Position numbers and translations under genes: made by a program
The notes under the pieces: model-generated
Database searches by the model: none
The model's input: only the letters and a program-made list of their open reading frames with translations
What the model was told of the DNA's origin: nothing
Assembly (NCBI GenBank): GCA_013343275.1
Contig: CP046106.1
Location: 512,001-576,000, forward strand
Direction of reading: 5' to 3'
Length of the DNA: 64,000 nt
DNA from: Candidatus Nanohaloarchaea archaeon
GTDB lineage: Archaea; Nanohalarchaeota; Nanosalinia; Nanosalinales; Nanosalinaceae
In this document: piece after piece, positions 38,468 to 48,358 of the stretch
Numbering within the stretch: the stretch's first letter is position 1
How the letters are laid out: each line of letters begins with the position of its first letter

Positions 38468-39466
38468 TTACAGTAGCTCTCTGTACGTTTCCGCGAGCTG
38501 GTCTGCTACTGCATCGATCTCGAACTCTCTGCTTTTCTCCTCCGCGTTCTCTCCAATCCTTTCCATTGTATCTCCGGACATAACTTCCTCCAGAACCGTG
38601 ACAAAATCTTTTTCGGACTTCAGACAGTTCTCACCGTGTTCCAGCCACTGAAAGGTTTCGATATCTCTTACTACAGGAGGCTTTCCGCAGGCCATCGCCT
38701 CAAGCAAGGCCATCCCTTCGTTTTCGTTCTTTGTAGGGAAGAAAAAGATATCTCCTGCAGCATAGGCTCCCCTGATATCCTCTACGTACCCTGTGAAAGT
38801 ACAGTTTTCCGGTGCGGATTCGACCAGTTTCTTTGTGTCTCTACTCTGTAGCAGAGAGTCGATGAACCCGTCTTCTCCGCTTGGATTGAGGAACCCGAAC
38901 CATACAAAGTCTGTATCTGGCATCTGCCTGGCTGTCTCGATGAAGCTTTCGAGGCCTTTCCTCTTGATAACGTGGCCTACCATGAAGACTACCGGAGGCT
39001 CCAGATCGTATTTCTCCAGGTATTCATCTCTGAGTTGTTGGTGACCTTCCAGCATTTCCGGATCGAACCCGTTGCTGATTACTTTTTTCGGTGCATCAGT
39101 GTACTCCTCGATAACTTCCTTATTGTGCTCGGAGGGACAGATTACCAAGTCTGCTAGAGAGTAGGCGTATTTGAGATAAGGCTTCATGGGCCTTGCAATT
39201 ATATTGGAGAACGCGAAGCTTTCGCGGAAATCCTCTGCTGTCTGATGTGCATGGATTACCACAGGAATATCTTTTTTTCGGGCCTTCCTGGCATAGTAAA
39301 TAGACTTTGGGCCCATATTGTTGAGGTGGAGGATGTCGGCCTCGAGGTCAGGTTCCGTGGTGTATTCGATTCCTTTTCTGTCCATGATCTTTCTCTGGTT
39401 CTTCACGGACTGCTTGTGGCCCCCAGTGATCATTTCCTCCCATTCGAAGTAGTGGCTGACCTTCAT
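38468..39466 (-). CDS. GT4 glycosyltransferase (diglycosyl-lipid synthase-like)
   Basis: AEDFRESF, VICPS, RKG, ENEGMALLEAMACGKP. Confidence 0.88.
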   Translation of the reverse strand: MKVSHYFEWEEMITGGHKQSVKNQRKIMDRKGIEYTTEPDLEADILHLNNMGPKSIYYARKARKKDIPVVIHAHQTAEDFRESFAFSNIIARPMKPYLKYAYSLADLVICPSEHNKEVIEEYTDAPKKVISNGFDPEMLEGHQQLRDEYLEKYDLEPPVVFMVGHVIKRKGLESFIETARQMPDTDFVWFGFLNPSGEDGFIDSLLQSRDTKKLVESAPENCTFTGYVEDIRGAYAAGDIFFFPTKNENEGMALLEAMACGKPPVVRDIETFQWLEHGENCLKSEKDFVTVLEEVMSGDTMERIGENAEEKSREFEIDAVADQLAETYRELL

Positions 39467-39505
39467 CTGCTTAACTTAAAAACTGTTAGCTAAACTTATG
39501 AAACT

Positions 39506-39790
39506 GTGTCGAAGACTATCGCAGAGGAACGGATTGAACGGCTTTTCCAGCTTGCAGAGAAGAGAATTGGCCGTGAAGATGAGCTAGCGGATAGATACGT
39601 GGAGCTGGCCCGGAAGATAGGTATGAAGGAAGAGGTCTCGATACCTTCAGATCTGCGGAAAAAGTTCTGCAGTAACTGTTACAGCTATCTGAAGCCAGGC
39701 TATAACTGCGAGATAAAGTTAAACTCAGATAAGAAAAAGGTAGAGTACAAATGCAGAGAATGCGGAAACATCGATAGATATGGCTACTAA
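39506..39790 (+). CDS. rnp4: RNase P protein component 4 (Rpp21)
   Basis: IAEERIERLF, RYVELARKI, CSNC...PG, CRECG. Confidence 0.93.
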   Translation: MSKTIAEERIERLFQLAEKRIGREDELADRYVELARKIGMKEEVSIPSDLRKKFCSNCYSYLKPGYNCEIKLNSDKKKVEYKCRECGNIDRYGY

Positions 39791-40787
39791 AAAACAGATC
39801 GCATGGTTCGGAGTATCAACAGCAATAATCGCAGCCCTGATTTTCTTCGCCGACGCAAGCAAGTTTATAGATGCAGTCCAACAGGCCAACGGATACTACC
39901 TCATCGCTGCACTGGTACTGGGAATAGCGCCCTTCTTCATATTCACATATACATGGCATAGCTTCCTGAACAAGATGGGTGCAGACACCTCCTACCTGGA
40001 GACCTACAAACTGTTCATGGCAGGTAACTTCATGAACTCTGTAACACCTCTAGGCCAGTTCGGCGGAGAACCATTCATGGCCTACGTAATAAAAAAGAAT
40101 ACGGATCTCACGTACGAGGAAGGGTTCTCAGCAGTACTTTCCTCCGACATAATAAACGCAGTCCCTATATTCACATTCATATTCGGAGGCGCAGCATTCC
40201 TGCTGCTTTTCGGATCACTAAACGACATAATACTTCAAACACTCTACGCATCAGTAATAATCATCCTGATAGGAGGTACTCTGGCCTACCTTCTCTGGTT
40301 CAAGTCAGGAACTCTGGAAAAAAAGATAATCAAAGGGTTAAGGAGAATTACCGACACAGTAGGCCGTGGGAAGGTCCGTGTAGATAGCATTGAGAAGAAA
40401 ATGGTTAACGTGCAGAAAGCATTCAACAGAATTGGTGAAGAGCCAAGACACCTGCTTAAAACCGCAATAATAGCCCATACATACTTCATAATCCAGGTTT
40501 TCTGCCTCTACCTGATCCTGGCATCACTTGGTTACTACCCCGACTTCACCCCGCTCTACTTTATACTTCCTCTGGCCTCGCTATCCAACTTCTCACCAAC
40601 CCCTGGAGGATCCGGTGCATACGAGGCCGCGCTTGCAACCATTATCACCGTAATGCCCGCTGCCATATTCCCTCAAATTCCTTTCGCTACTGCCCTGGTA
40701 GCAGGAATACTTTTCAGACTCTGTACATACTGGCCAGGCCTCATAATCGGTTACGGAGCACTTGTAAGCATAGGTGGAGCAGAATGA
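39780..40787 (+). CDS. Lysylphosphatidylglycerol synthase TM-domain (MprF-N/UPF0104) flippase-like protein
   Basis: NSVTPLGQFGGEP, PTPGGSGAYE, FRLCTYW. Confidence 0.88.
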   Translation: MATKKQIAWFGVSTAIIAALIFFADASKFIDAVQQANGYYLIAALVLGIAPFFIFTYTWHSFLNKMGADTSYLETYKLFMAGNFMNSVTPLGQFGGEPFMAYVIKKNTDLTYEEGFSAVLSSDIINAVPIFTFIFGGAAFLLLFGSLNDIILQTLYASVIIILIGGTLAYLLWFKSGTLEKKIIKGLRRITDTVGRGKVRVDSIEKKMVNVQKAFNRIGEEPRHLLKTAIIAHTYFIIQVFCLYLILASLGYYPDFTPLYFILPLASLSNFSPTPGGSGAYEAALATIITVMPAAIFPQIPFATALVAGILFRLCTYWPGLIIGYGALVSIGGAE

Positions 40788-41710
40788 CCTATCTCTACCT
40801 TCTCGCAGGAGAAAACCTCGAACTGGCAGAGGCAGAACTCAGAGGATTTCTCAGGAGCCAGGGTATAGAGGAAGAACTACAGCGAGAAGGCAGGATAGCG
40901 GAGACAGAATCGCACCCCGACCGGTTAAAGAGGCTGGCTCTGACACATGAAATAGCAGAGAAAATAGCCGAGATAGACTTGGAAAATATCGAAGTAGACT
41001 ACAGGCCTGAGAACTCCTTCGCAGTAAGGGTAGAGAACCTGAGAGAGGAGAACGTTGAGAGCAAGGATCTGGAAAGAGAGATAGGCCAGGAGCTGAAGAC
41101 CGAAAGTAACAGTGTAGACCTGGAAGATCCTGGAGAGATAATAAAGGCCTACGTCACCGAAGATGGAATCTTGTTAGGCAGGATAGTAGAGGATATTGAC
41201 AGAGGACTTTTCCAGAAGAGAGTCAACCAGGAAAGGCCTTTCTCATCTCCTATCTCTCTGGATCCTGTGCTTGCGAGGACGATGGTTAATCTTTCGGAGG
41301 TTTCAGCCGGAGAAAGACTTCTTGACCCTTTCTGCGGGACAGGAGGCATACTTATCGAGGCCGGTCTCTGCGGTGTCGATGTTTACGGCCTTGATATACA
41401 GGAGGAAATGGTAGACGGAGCTAAGGAGAACTTGAGAGAGTACGGAATCCTGAGCTACAGCATCCTTCAGGGAGATGTAGATAATGCAGAGGAAATCTTC
41501 AATGGGAGTTTTGACGCAGTTGTTACAGATCTCCCGTACGGAAAGGCCTCCAAGAAGCCTGAAGATGCTATAGATAGCTTCATCAATTTACTGGAAGAGT
41601 TCGATGGCAAGGCAGTTTTCATGTACAATGAAGAGGAGGTAGGACCTTACTCGGCGGACTACGAAATCTATGTCCACAAATCTCTTACGCGCTACCTGTA
41701 CGTAGTCTAG
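40784..41710 (+). CDS. trm11: tRNA m2G10 methyltransferase (Trm11/TrmG10, THUMP + MTase)
   Basis: RPFSSPISLDP.LAR, DPFCGTGGILIEA, TDLPYG. Confidence 0.85.
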   Translation: MTYLYLLAGENLELAEAELRGFLRSQGIEEELQREGRIAETESHPDRLKRLALTHEIAEKIAEIDLENIEVDYRPENSFAVRVENLREENVESKDLEREIGQELKTESNSVDLEDPGEIIKAYVTEDGILLGRIVEDIDRGLFQKRVNQERPFSSPISLDPVLARTMVNLSEVSAGERLLDPFCGTGGILIEAGLCGVDVYGLDIQEEMVDGAKENLREYGILSYSILQGDVDNAEEIFNGSFDAVVTDLPYGKASKKPEDAIDSFINLLEEFDGKAVFMYNEEEVGPYSADYEIYVHKSLTRYLYVV

Positions 41711-42060
41711 TAATCGAGTTCGGAGGCAGTCCCACCTACTTCGATTACATCCTGCCAGTTAACCCCGATTTTGTCAGAGCTGAATGCGGAGGAAACGTTT
41801 TCTACATCTTCAACTCTGATATTTTCCGGCAGGTCTTCATCATCGTAGTTCTCAGAGATATGATCAAGAGCATCGAGATGTGAGGAATCTGCGTACTCCT
41901 CGCTCAGATCAAGAGTGTAATCAAGATCATCCCAGCCATAGGAGATCTCTACTACCCCTCTACGTCTGTCAGCATCGAAAACCACCAGAGAACGGCCCTG
42001 CTGCATAGAATTCAGTTCATCGTATTGATCCGGTTCCAGCTCATGAAAACTTTCTCCCAT
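41707..42060 (-). CDS. Acidic hypothetical protein
   Basis: 117 aa acidic ORF; convergent CTAG overlap. Confidence 0.7.
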   Translation of the reverse strand: MGESFHELEPDQYDELNSMQQGRSLVVFDADRRRGVVEISYGWDDLDYTLDLSEEYADSSHLDALDHISENYDDEDLPENIRVEDVENVSSAFSSDKIGVNWQDVIEVGGTASELDY

Positions 42061-42142
42061 AGGGTTGTTGTCACGGAGCAGTTATATCAATCTTTCGGCT
42101 CTGCCGCTCCGATTTAAAACTCTACAGAAAAAGTACACTGTT

Positions 42143-43051
42143 ATGGACATATGGACGGTCGGCACCTCTAGCGCAGTACCTACGCGCGAAAGAGGGCTCG
42201 CAGCAAACCTGATCAACTACAAAGGAGAAAGAATACTATTCGACTGCGGAGAAGGCACACAGAGAACCCTGATGTCAGAAAAACTAGGCCTCATGAAAAT
42301 CAACAAAATATTCATATCACACTGGCATGCCGACCACTTCTCCGGCCTCCTCGGACTAATACAGACAATGGAGATGGAAGGCCGGGAAAAACCGCTATAC
42401 ATCTACGGCCCACCAAGAACAGAGGAGTTCACCGACAGAATCCTCGACACAGGCTACTTCAACAGAAGCTATGACATATTCGTTGAAGACCTGGTAGAAG
42501 GCGACAACATCGTTGGTGAAGGCTACGAAGTAAGGCCTTTCGAGGTAGAGCATGGAATCAACGCGTTCGGATTTGTATTCAAGGAAGAAGACCAGAGAAA
42601 AGTAAACAAGAACAAGATGCAGGAACTAGGCCTCGAACAGTCACCTAAAATCGGCAAGCTGAAGGAGGGAGAGACAGTAGAGCTGGAAGGCAAAGAGGTT
42701 CAGCCTGAAGAGATAATTGAAGACATGCCTGGAAGAAAAGTTGTCTACTCCGGCGACACCGCTAAATGCCAGAACATGATAGACCATGCAGAAAACGCAG
42801 ATCTCCTGATACACGAGGCAACCTGCCTGCACGAGATTATCGACAAGAGAGAGGGACATACCTCTGCAAAACAGGCCGCAGAAATAGCAGACGAAGCAGA
42901 CGTTGAGAAACTGGTACTGACACATCTATCACGGAGATATAGAAACAACTCCGAAGAGCTACGGGAAGAGGCCCAGGAAGTATTCAGCAATACTGAAGTT
43001 GCTGAAGACGGAGAAAAATTCGAGGTAAAACCTCATAGGCCTGAAAAATAA
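42143..43051 (+). CDS. rnz: Ribonuclease Z
   Basis: GTSSAVPT, DCGEGTQ, SHWHADH, SGDT, HEAT, THLSRRY. Confidence 0.96.
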   Translation: MDIWTVGTSSAVPTRERGLAANLINYKGERILFDCGEGTQRTLMSEKLGLMKINKIFISHWHADHFSGLLGLIQTMEMEGREKPLYIYGPPRTEEFTDRILDTGYFNRSYDIFVEDLVEGDNIVGEGYEVRPFEVEHGINAFGFVFKEEDQRKVNKNKMQELGLEQSPKIGKLKEGETVELEGKEVQPEEIIEDMPGRKVVYSGDTAKCQNMIDHAENADLLIHEATCLHEIIDKREGHTSAKQAAEIADEADVEKLVLTHLSRRYRNNSEELREEAQEVFSNTEVAEDGEKFEVKPHRPEK

Positions 43052-43717
43052 CTATAAATCGAATCCTGCGCGTCGAAGAACATCTAATGAGTCCTGAGGC
43101 TGGACTCCAAGTTCTTTAACCCTGTCTCTTAACCTGGCCTCATCGATATCAAACATTCCTGCATCAGACATTTTCTCAAGGTCGTAGAAAGTACCAGGCT
43201 TTTTCTCCAGGCGGAAAACCCCTTCAGAATCCCGCTCCAGCAAGTTAGGATCAGCCACCTTCGTATAGACAGCATCCTCCGGCTGTGGGATTGAAACCTC
43301 AAAACCTTCAAAATCAATTCTGCGGGCCTCATCCACGACCTCTCTGTAACCTGGTATAGGCCCATCCTCTACAATATGAACATCAGGTCGAACCCCGTTA
43401 TAGTACTCATTGTCATGCAGGGCCTGTAAAGCAGAGTTCCGGTCGCGTACAAGGTCATCTATATCATCAGTAGACCGGTGCTCGAACTCTCTCCGAACAC
43501 TGCTCATCCCTCCTACAGCATAGGCCTCTAACTGAGTTCCTATACCGCCGATAACAGCATAGTCAACATCTTCATCCTCCAGATATCGGGAACTATCTCT
43601 AAGGCCTTCCTGCATACACTCATCCAGAATGTTGCCTTTACAGCTGGAATGGGAGGCCCTGTTCTTTATCTCGTCAAGCCTCTCAAGCTCATCATCAATA
43701 CTGAAATCTGATGCCAC
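43052..43717 (-). CDS. Putative nucleotidyltransferase-fold protein
   Basis: AVIGGIG...RSTDDID and later PEDAVYTK, the pattern of AbiEii/DUF6036-like NTases. Confidence 0.6.
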   Translation of the reverse strand: MASDFSIDDELERLDEIKNRASHSSCKGNILDECMQEGLRDSSRYLEDEDVDYAVIGGIGTQLEAYAVGGMSSVRREFEHRSTDDIDDLVRDRNSALQALHDNEYYNGVRPDVHIVEDGPIPGYREVVDEARRIDFEGFEVSIPQPEDAVYTKVADPNLLERDSEGVFRLEKKPGTFYDLEKMSDAGMFDIDEARLRDRVKELGVQPQDSLDVLRRAGFDL

Positions 43718-43742
43718 AGATCAATAACAAAATCCAGAATTT

Positions 43743-44276
43743 TTATTCATTTCCATCTACCTCGCGAGTAAGCTTCTGATCCTCACTCGGCTCAACCTCG
43801 ATCCCGGCACCTTCAAAATCTTCTTTTATCTGGTCCTCCTGAATCCGGTCCATGAAAACTGCGAGGGCCGCAATCTCGCTGTGAGGCTGATTACCTACAG
43901 AAATATTGTAGTCGACACGAGTGTAAACCCATCTCGGTACCTTCTCAGCACCTACAACGACAAGAAGATCGCCGGCCTCATCGAACTCTTCTTTAAGGCC
44001 TTCAATTTTCTCGCTAATCTTCTCGCCGTACATAGTCAGATGCACGGAAAGGCCTTCAAAACCACGTATAACTTTTTTCCAGTCCTCAGTGTATTCAATT
44101 TCTACATCTCCGCCCCAGCGATCGATTATATCTCTCTGGGACTCCAGAATACTAGTATCTTTCTCACCAGAATAGACTATTCTGTCAGCTCCCCACTGCC
44201 GGGCAGTAAGGCCTACATGAGTGGAAATTCTGTCATCTCTTCCTCTGCGGTGGCCTAGCCTGAGAACTGTTATCAT
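43743..44276 (-). CDS. trm56: tRNA (cytidine56-2'-O)-methyltransferase aTrm56
   Basis: LRLGHR..RDDRISTHV.LTAR, HLTMYG, VGAEKVP, NQPHSEIAAL. Confidence 0.95.
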   Translation of the reverse strand: MITVLRLGHRRGRDDRISTHVGLTARQWGADRIVYSGEKDTSILESQRDIIDRWGGDVEIEYTEDWKKVIRGFEGLSVHLTMYGEKISEKIEGLKEEFDEAGDLLVVVGAEKVPRWVYTRVDYNISVGNQPHSEIAALAVFMDRIQEDQIKEDFEGAGIEVEPSEDQKLTREVDGNE

Positions 44277-44442
44277 AACCTTGAATTGCTGGGATAGATT
44301 ATTAAGAGCTGAGCCCAGAAACTTTTCTACAATGAAGGGTGGACGTTTTACCTTCGGCCCACATGTTTCGCAACCAAGCCAGCTTTAACTTTAGCTGTCA
44401 AAACCTTTTCTATAAAATTAGAAACTTTGCAGGAGATTCTCA

Positions 44443-46368
44443 ATGAGTATTGAAGTAGAACTACCAGACGGCTCGACACTAGAAGTAGACGAAAACGCAA
44501 CAGTAGAAGACGTGGCCTACGAGATAGGTACAGGCCTCGGAGACGACACAGTCGCAGGAAAGATCAACGGCGAACTAGTCGCAAAAGAGGAAAAAGTCAG
44601 CGACGGCGACGAAATAGAGATCGTAACTCCGCAGAGCGACGAATACATCGATGTGCTCAGACACTCCGCCGCACACGTATTCGCACAGGCCCTGAAAAGA
44701 ATCTACGGCGACGAAGTAAAACTTACAATCGGGCCGTGGACAGATGAAGGATTCTACTACGATATCAAAGGAGTTGATCTGGATCAGGAGGACTTCGAGG
44801 AAATAGAGGAAGAGATGCAAAATATAGTAGATGAGGATCTCGATATCGAACGTGAAATGCTGCCCCGAGAAGAAGCAGAGGAGTTCTTCGAAGACAATAG
44901 ATTCAAGCAGGAGATTCTTGAAGAGGAGGCATCTGAAGGAGAGAAGGTCTCATTCTACAAACAGGGAGAGTTCAAGGATTTGTGTAAAGGCCCTCACGTA
45001 GAATCTACTGGCGAAGTCGAGGCCTTCAAGCTGCTGGAGATCGCAGGCGCCTACTGGCGTGGAAACGAGGAAAACGAGATGCTGACACGTGTCTACGGAA
45101 CTGCCTTCCCTTCAGAGGAAGAACTTGAGGATTTCCTGGAGAAGAAGAAAGAGGCCGAGAAACGTGATCACCGGAGGATCGGCGAGGAAATGGACTTGTT
45201 CTCCGTACCTGAGCACGCTCCTGGCTGCCCTCACTATCACCGTGCCGGCATGAAGATCAGGAGAGAGCTGGAAGAATATATAAGAACGAAGAACAAGGAG
45301 CTGGGCTACGAGGAAGTCTGGACTCCAGAGCTGAACAAGGCAGATCTCTGGAAGAAGACAGGCCACTACGAGGCCTTCAAAGAGGACGGCGAAATGTTTG
45401 CATGGGAGCAGGACGACACGGAGTATGGCCTGAAGCCTATGAACTGTGCGAACCACTCCCACATCTTCGACTCCGGAAAGAGAAGTTACAAGGAGCTTCC
45501 TATCAAGCTTTCCGAGTTCGGGACAGTTTACAGGAACGAACAGTCCGGAGAGCTTTCAGGCCTTCTACGCGTTCGCGGCTTCACACAGGACGACGGCCAC
45601 GCATATATCCGGAAGGATCAGATTGAGGAGGAGATCAGGAAGCATCTCGAGATAATTATAGAGATGTACGACGAGTTCGGCTTCGACACACACTTTATAC
45701 TGGAGACAAAGCCGGAAAAGGCTCAGGGACCGGATGAGCTATGGGATGAGGCCGAAAGCTCTCTTAAGAACGCGTTGAACCAGACCGTAGACGACTTCGA
45801 GATCAAACCTGAGGAAGGTGCTTTCTACGGGCCGAAGATCGGTGTTGAAGTAGAGGACGCGATCGGACGTGAATGGCAGCTTGGAACCGTTCAGCTCGAC
45901 TTCGTGATCCCACGTAACTACGGTCTGAAGTACGTAGGAGAGGACAACGAGGAGCACTACCCAGTAATGATCCACAGGGCAATCCTTGGATCTATCGAAC
46001 GGTTCATGGGGGTTATGATCGAGCACTTCGCGGGCGACTTCCCGACATGGCTGGCGCCTGAACAGGTCAGAATCCTGCCAGTAACCGACGACAATATGGA
46101 GTACGCGGAGAAGATCAAGGAAGAACTCTCGGATTTCAGGGTAGAGATCGAGGACCGCAGCTGGACGGTAGGCAAGAAGATTCAGGCCGCACACGACGAC
46201 AACGTACCTTACATGCTGATCCTGGGCGACGACGAGGAAGAAGCAGGAGAAATATCGGTTAGAGACCGTGAGGAAAACGAGGATCGCGGGTTCTCAGTTG
46301 AAGAATTCAGAGAAGCCCTCAGAGAAGAAGTTGAGGAGAAAAAACTGGAGCCCGACTTCCTCCAGTAA
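44443..46368 (+). CDS. thrS: Threonine--tRNA ligase (bacterial-type, with TGS and editing domain)
   Basis: RHSAAH, DLCKGPH, KPMNC, RVRGFTQDD, GAFYGPK, IHRAILGS. Confidence 0.97.
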   Translation: MSIEVELPDGSTLEVDENATVEDVAYEIGTGLGDDTVAGKINGELVAKEEKVSDGDEIEIVTPQSDEYIDVLRHSAAHVFAQALKRIYGDEVKLTIGPWTDEGFYYDIKGVDLDQEDFEEIEEEMQNIVDEDLDIEREMLPREEAEEFFEDNRFKQEILEEEASEGEKVSFYKQGEFKDLCKGPHVESTGEVEAFKLLEIAGAYWRGNEENEMLTRVYGTAFPSEEELEDFLEKKKEAEKRDHRRIGEEMDLFSVPEHAPGCPHYHRAGMKIRRELEEYIRTKNKELGYEEVWTPELNKADLWKKTGHYEAFKEDGEMFAWEQDDTEYGLKPMNCANHSHIFDSGKRSYKELPIKLSEFGTVYRNEQSGELSGLLRVRGFTQDDGHAYIRKDQIEEEIRKHLEIIIEMYDEFGFDTHFILETKPEKAQGPDELWDEAESSLKNALNQTVDDFEIKPEEGAFYGPKIGVEVEDAIGREWQLGTVQLDFVIPRNYGLKYVGEDNEEHYPVMIHRAILGSIERFMGVMIEHFAGDFPTWLAPEQVRILPVTDDNMEYAEKIKEELSDFRVEIEDRSWTVGKKIQAAHDDNVPYMLILGDDEEEAGEISVRDREENEDRGFSVEEFREALREEVEEKKLEPDFLQ

Positions 46369-46441
46369 AGGTCTTCCTCTCACTTTTTTCCTATTTTCGC
46401 TTTTTGAACAAAGTTAAATTTCTGGCACACAATTCCTGTAC

Positions 46442-47551
46442 ATGAAACAAGGACAGTTGGAGAAGTTTGCAGAGATACTTGTCGAGAGATCAGCGGAAAT
46501 TGAAGAAGGAGACAACGTATATCTGGCAGCTTATTCTACAGAGGTGCTTCCTCTGTTTGACGAGGTAAGAAGATACATTATTGAAAAAGGAGCTTATCCT
46601 CACGAGCATCTGATCTACGATTCTCAGCTTGGAAGGGCTGGAATGGATTACCAGTGGCTGAAGCATGCATCTGATGAACAGCTATCACATATCTCCGAGG
46701 CCAAGAGAAAGGAGCTCGAGGAGATGGATGCATACATCAATATAGGAGGCCGTAGAAACGAGAACGAGTTAAATAATATTGACTCAGAGAAAATTTCGAC
46801 CCGGAAGAGAAATACTAAGGCTCTGGCTGACATGAGGCGGGAGATGAAATGGGCCTTGACACGCTACCCTACACATGGAATGGCGCAGAAGGCCTCAATG
46901 TCGACAGAGAGTTTCAGAGACTTCATGTTTGAGGCTATCGACATCGACTGGGAGAAGCTTGAGGAGAAGAATGCGGAGATTAAGGAGAGGTTTGACCAGG
47001 CCGATAAGGTAAGAGTAGTATCGGAAGGTACTGATCTGGAGTTCAGTCTTGAGAACCGGACCGGGATGACCGGTGAGGGGAAACATAACTTGCCTGACGG
47101 AGAGGTATTCTACGCACCGGTGAAGGAGTCTGTCGAAGGAGAGATAGAGTTTACGTATCCTGGCAGAAAGCAGGGTAACGAAGTGAAAAATGTCTACCTG
47201 AAGCTGGAAAACGGCAGAGTGGTTGATTTCAGCGCCTCTAAAAACGAAGAGTTTCTCCGAGAACAGATCAGAACTGATGAAGGCTCAAGATACTTCGGAG
47301 AGTTCGGAATAGGAACTAACTGGAAGATAGACCAGTTCACCAACGAAATGGGATTAGACGAGAAAATTGGTGGCACAGTCCACTTTGCACTGGGAAGCGG
47401 ATTCAAGGGAAGCATGCCGGAAGGAGAAGAACCTAACGACTCTGCCATCCACTGGGACATCGTAAAAGACCTCAGAAAGCCAGAAGGCGATGGAGGAAAA
47501 ATCTATCTCGATGGAGAAGTCGTGATGAAAGACGGAGACTGGATGCTGTGA
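46442..47551 (+). CDS. Aminopeptidase (M29, AmpS/T family)
   Basis: NLPDGEVF, GEFGIG, DEKIGGTVHFALG, SAIHWD. Confidence 0.93.
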   Translation: MKQGQLEKFAEILVERSAEIEEGDNVYLAAYSTEVLPLFDEVRRYIIEKGAYPHEHLIYDSQLGRAGMDYQWLKHASDEQLSHISEAKRKELEEMDAYINIGGRRNENELNNIDSEKISTRKRNTKALADMRREMKWALTRYPTHGMAQKASMSTESFRDFMFEAIDIDWEKLEEKNAEIKERFDQADKVRVVSEGTDLEFSLENRTGMTGEGKHNLPDGEVFYAPVKESVEGEIEFTYPGRKQGNEVKNVYLKLENGRVVDFSASKNEEFLREQIRTDEGSRYFGEFGIGTNWKIDQFTNEMGLDEKIGGTVHFALGSGFKGSMPEGEEPNDSAIHWDIVKDLRKPEGDGGKIYLDGEVVMKDGDWML

Positions 47552-47610
47552 AAGAAGAGCAGATATTCGCGCCGGTTTGATTTAAAAGTTTTTGAACATC
47601 GGTGTAATGT

Positions 47611-48015
47611 ATGACTACAGTATACGATGTAAAAGCGGAGCCTCTGATCATGGAAGTAGCAGAGGAACTCGAAGACGACTTCGAGGCCCCAGAATGGAGT
47701 AATTTCGTTAAAACAGGACAGCACAAGGATCGCACACCAGACCAAGACAACTGGTTCCACATCAGATCCGCAGCAATCCTGAGAAAGATCTACACAGACG
47801 GCCCGCTAGGAGTCTCCAGACTTCGAACCATCTACGGAGGAAAGAAGAACAACGGACACGGCCCTGAGCACCACGGAAAGGCTTCAGGAAATATTATCCG
47901 TACTGCACTTCAGAAACTTGAAGAAGCAGGCTACGTAGAGACAGAGGAAGGAGAAGGCCGCAAGATCACGGAGAAAGGTAAAAGCTTCCTCGACAACAAG
48001 TCCAACGAACTTTAA
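47611..48015 (+). CDS. rps19e: 30S ribosomal protein S19e
   Basis: PEWSNFVKTG, RSAAILRK, GNIIRTALQ.LE. Confidence 0.96.
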   Translation: MTTVYDVKAEPLIMEVAEELEDDFEAPEWSNFVKTGQHKDRTPDQDNWFHIRSAAILRKIYTDGPLGVSRLRTIYGGKKNNGHGPEHHGKASGNIIRTALQKLEEAGYVETEEGEGRKITEKGKSFLDNKSNEL

Positions 48016-48021
48016 AGACCG

Positions 48022-48348
48022 ATGGACGAAGACGAACTGGAGAAACTTCGCGAACAGAAAAAAGAAGAGATGCAGGAACAGCAACAGTCAGAGGAAGAGG
48101 CCCTCGAAGATCAGAGAGATCAGGTCAAACAGGAGGCCTCGAAGTACCTGACAAAGGACGCGAAGGAGAGAATGGGCAACATACGTGTTGCTCAACCAGA
48201 CTTGGCTTCCAGTATCGAGATGCAGATCGCGAGGCTCGGCCGATCAGGACGGGTCGAAAAGGTTACAGATGACCAGCTTAAAGATATATTGAAATCCTTC
48301 CAGAGTGAGAAGGAGAAAAACAGTTCAGATATAAAGTTCAGGAGGTGA
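48022..48348 (+). CDS. PDCD5-like dsDNA-binding protein
   Basis: DELEKLR, LTKDAKERMGNIR..P, DIKFRR; located between rps19e and rpl39e. Confidence 0.88.
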   Translation: MDEDELEKLREQKKEEMQEQQQSEEEALEDQRDQVKQEASKYLTKDAKERMGNIRVAQPDLASSIEMQIARLGRSGRVEKVTDDQLKDILKSFQSEKEKNSSDIKFRR

Positions 48349-48358
48349 AAACTGTACT

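Noticed and set aside
44443-46368. Bacterial-type ThrRS as a recent transfer
   Set aside because: This type is usual in halophilic archaea, and the protein is fully acid-adapted.
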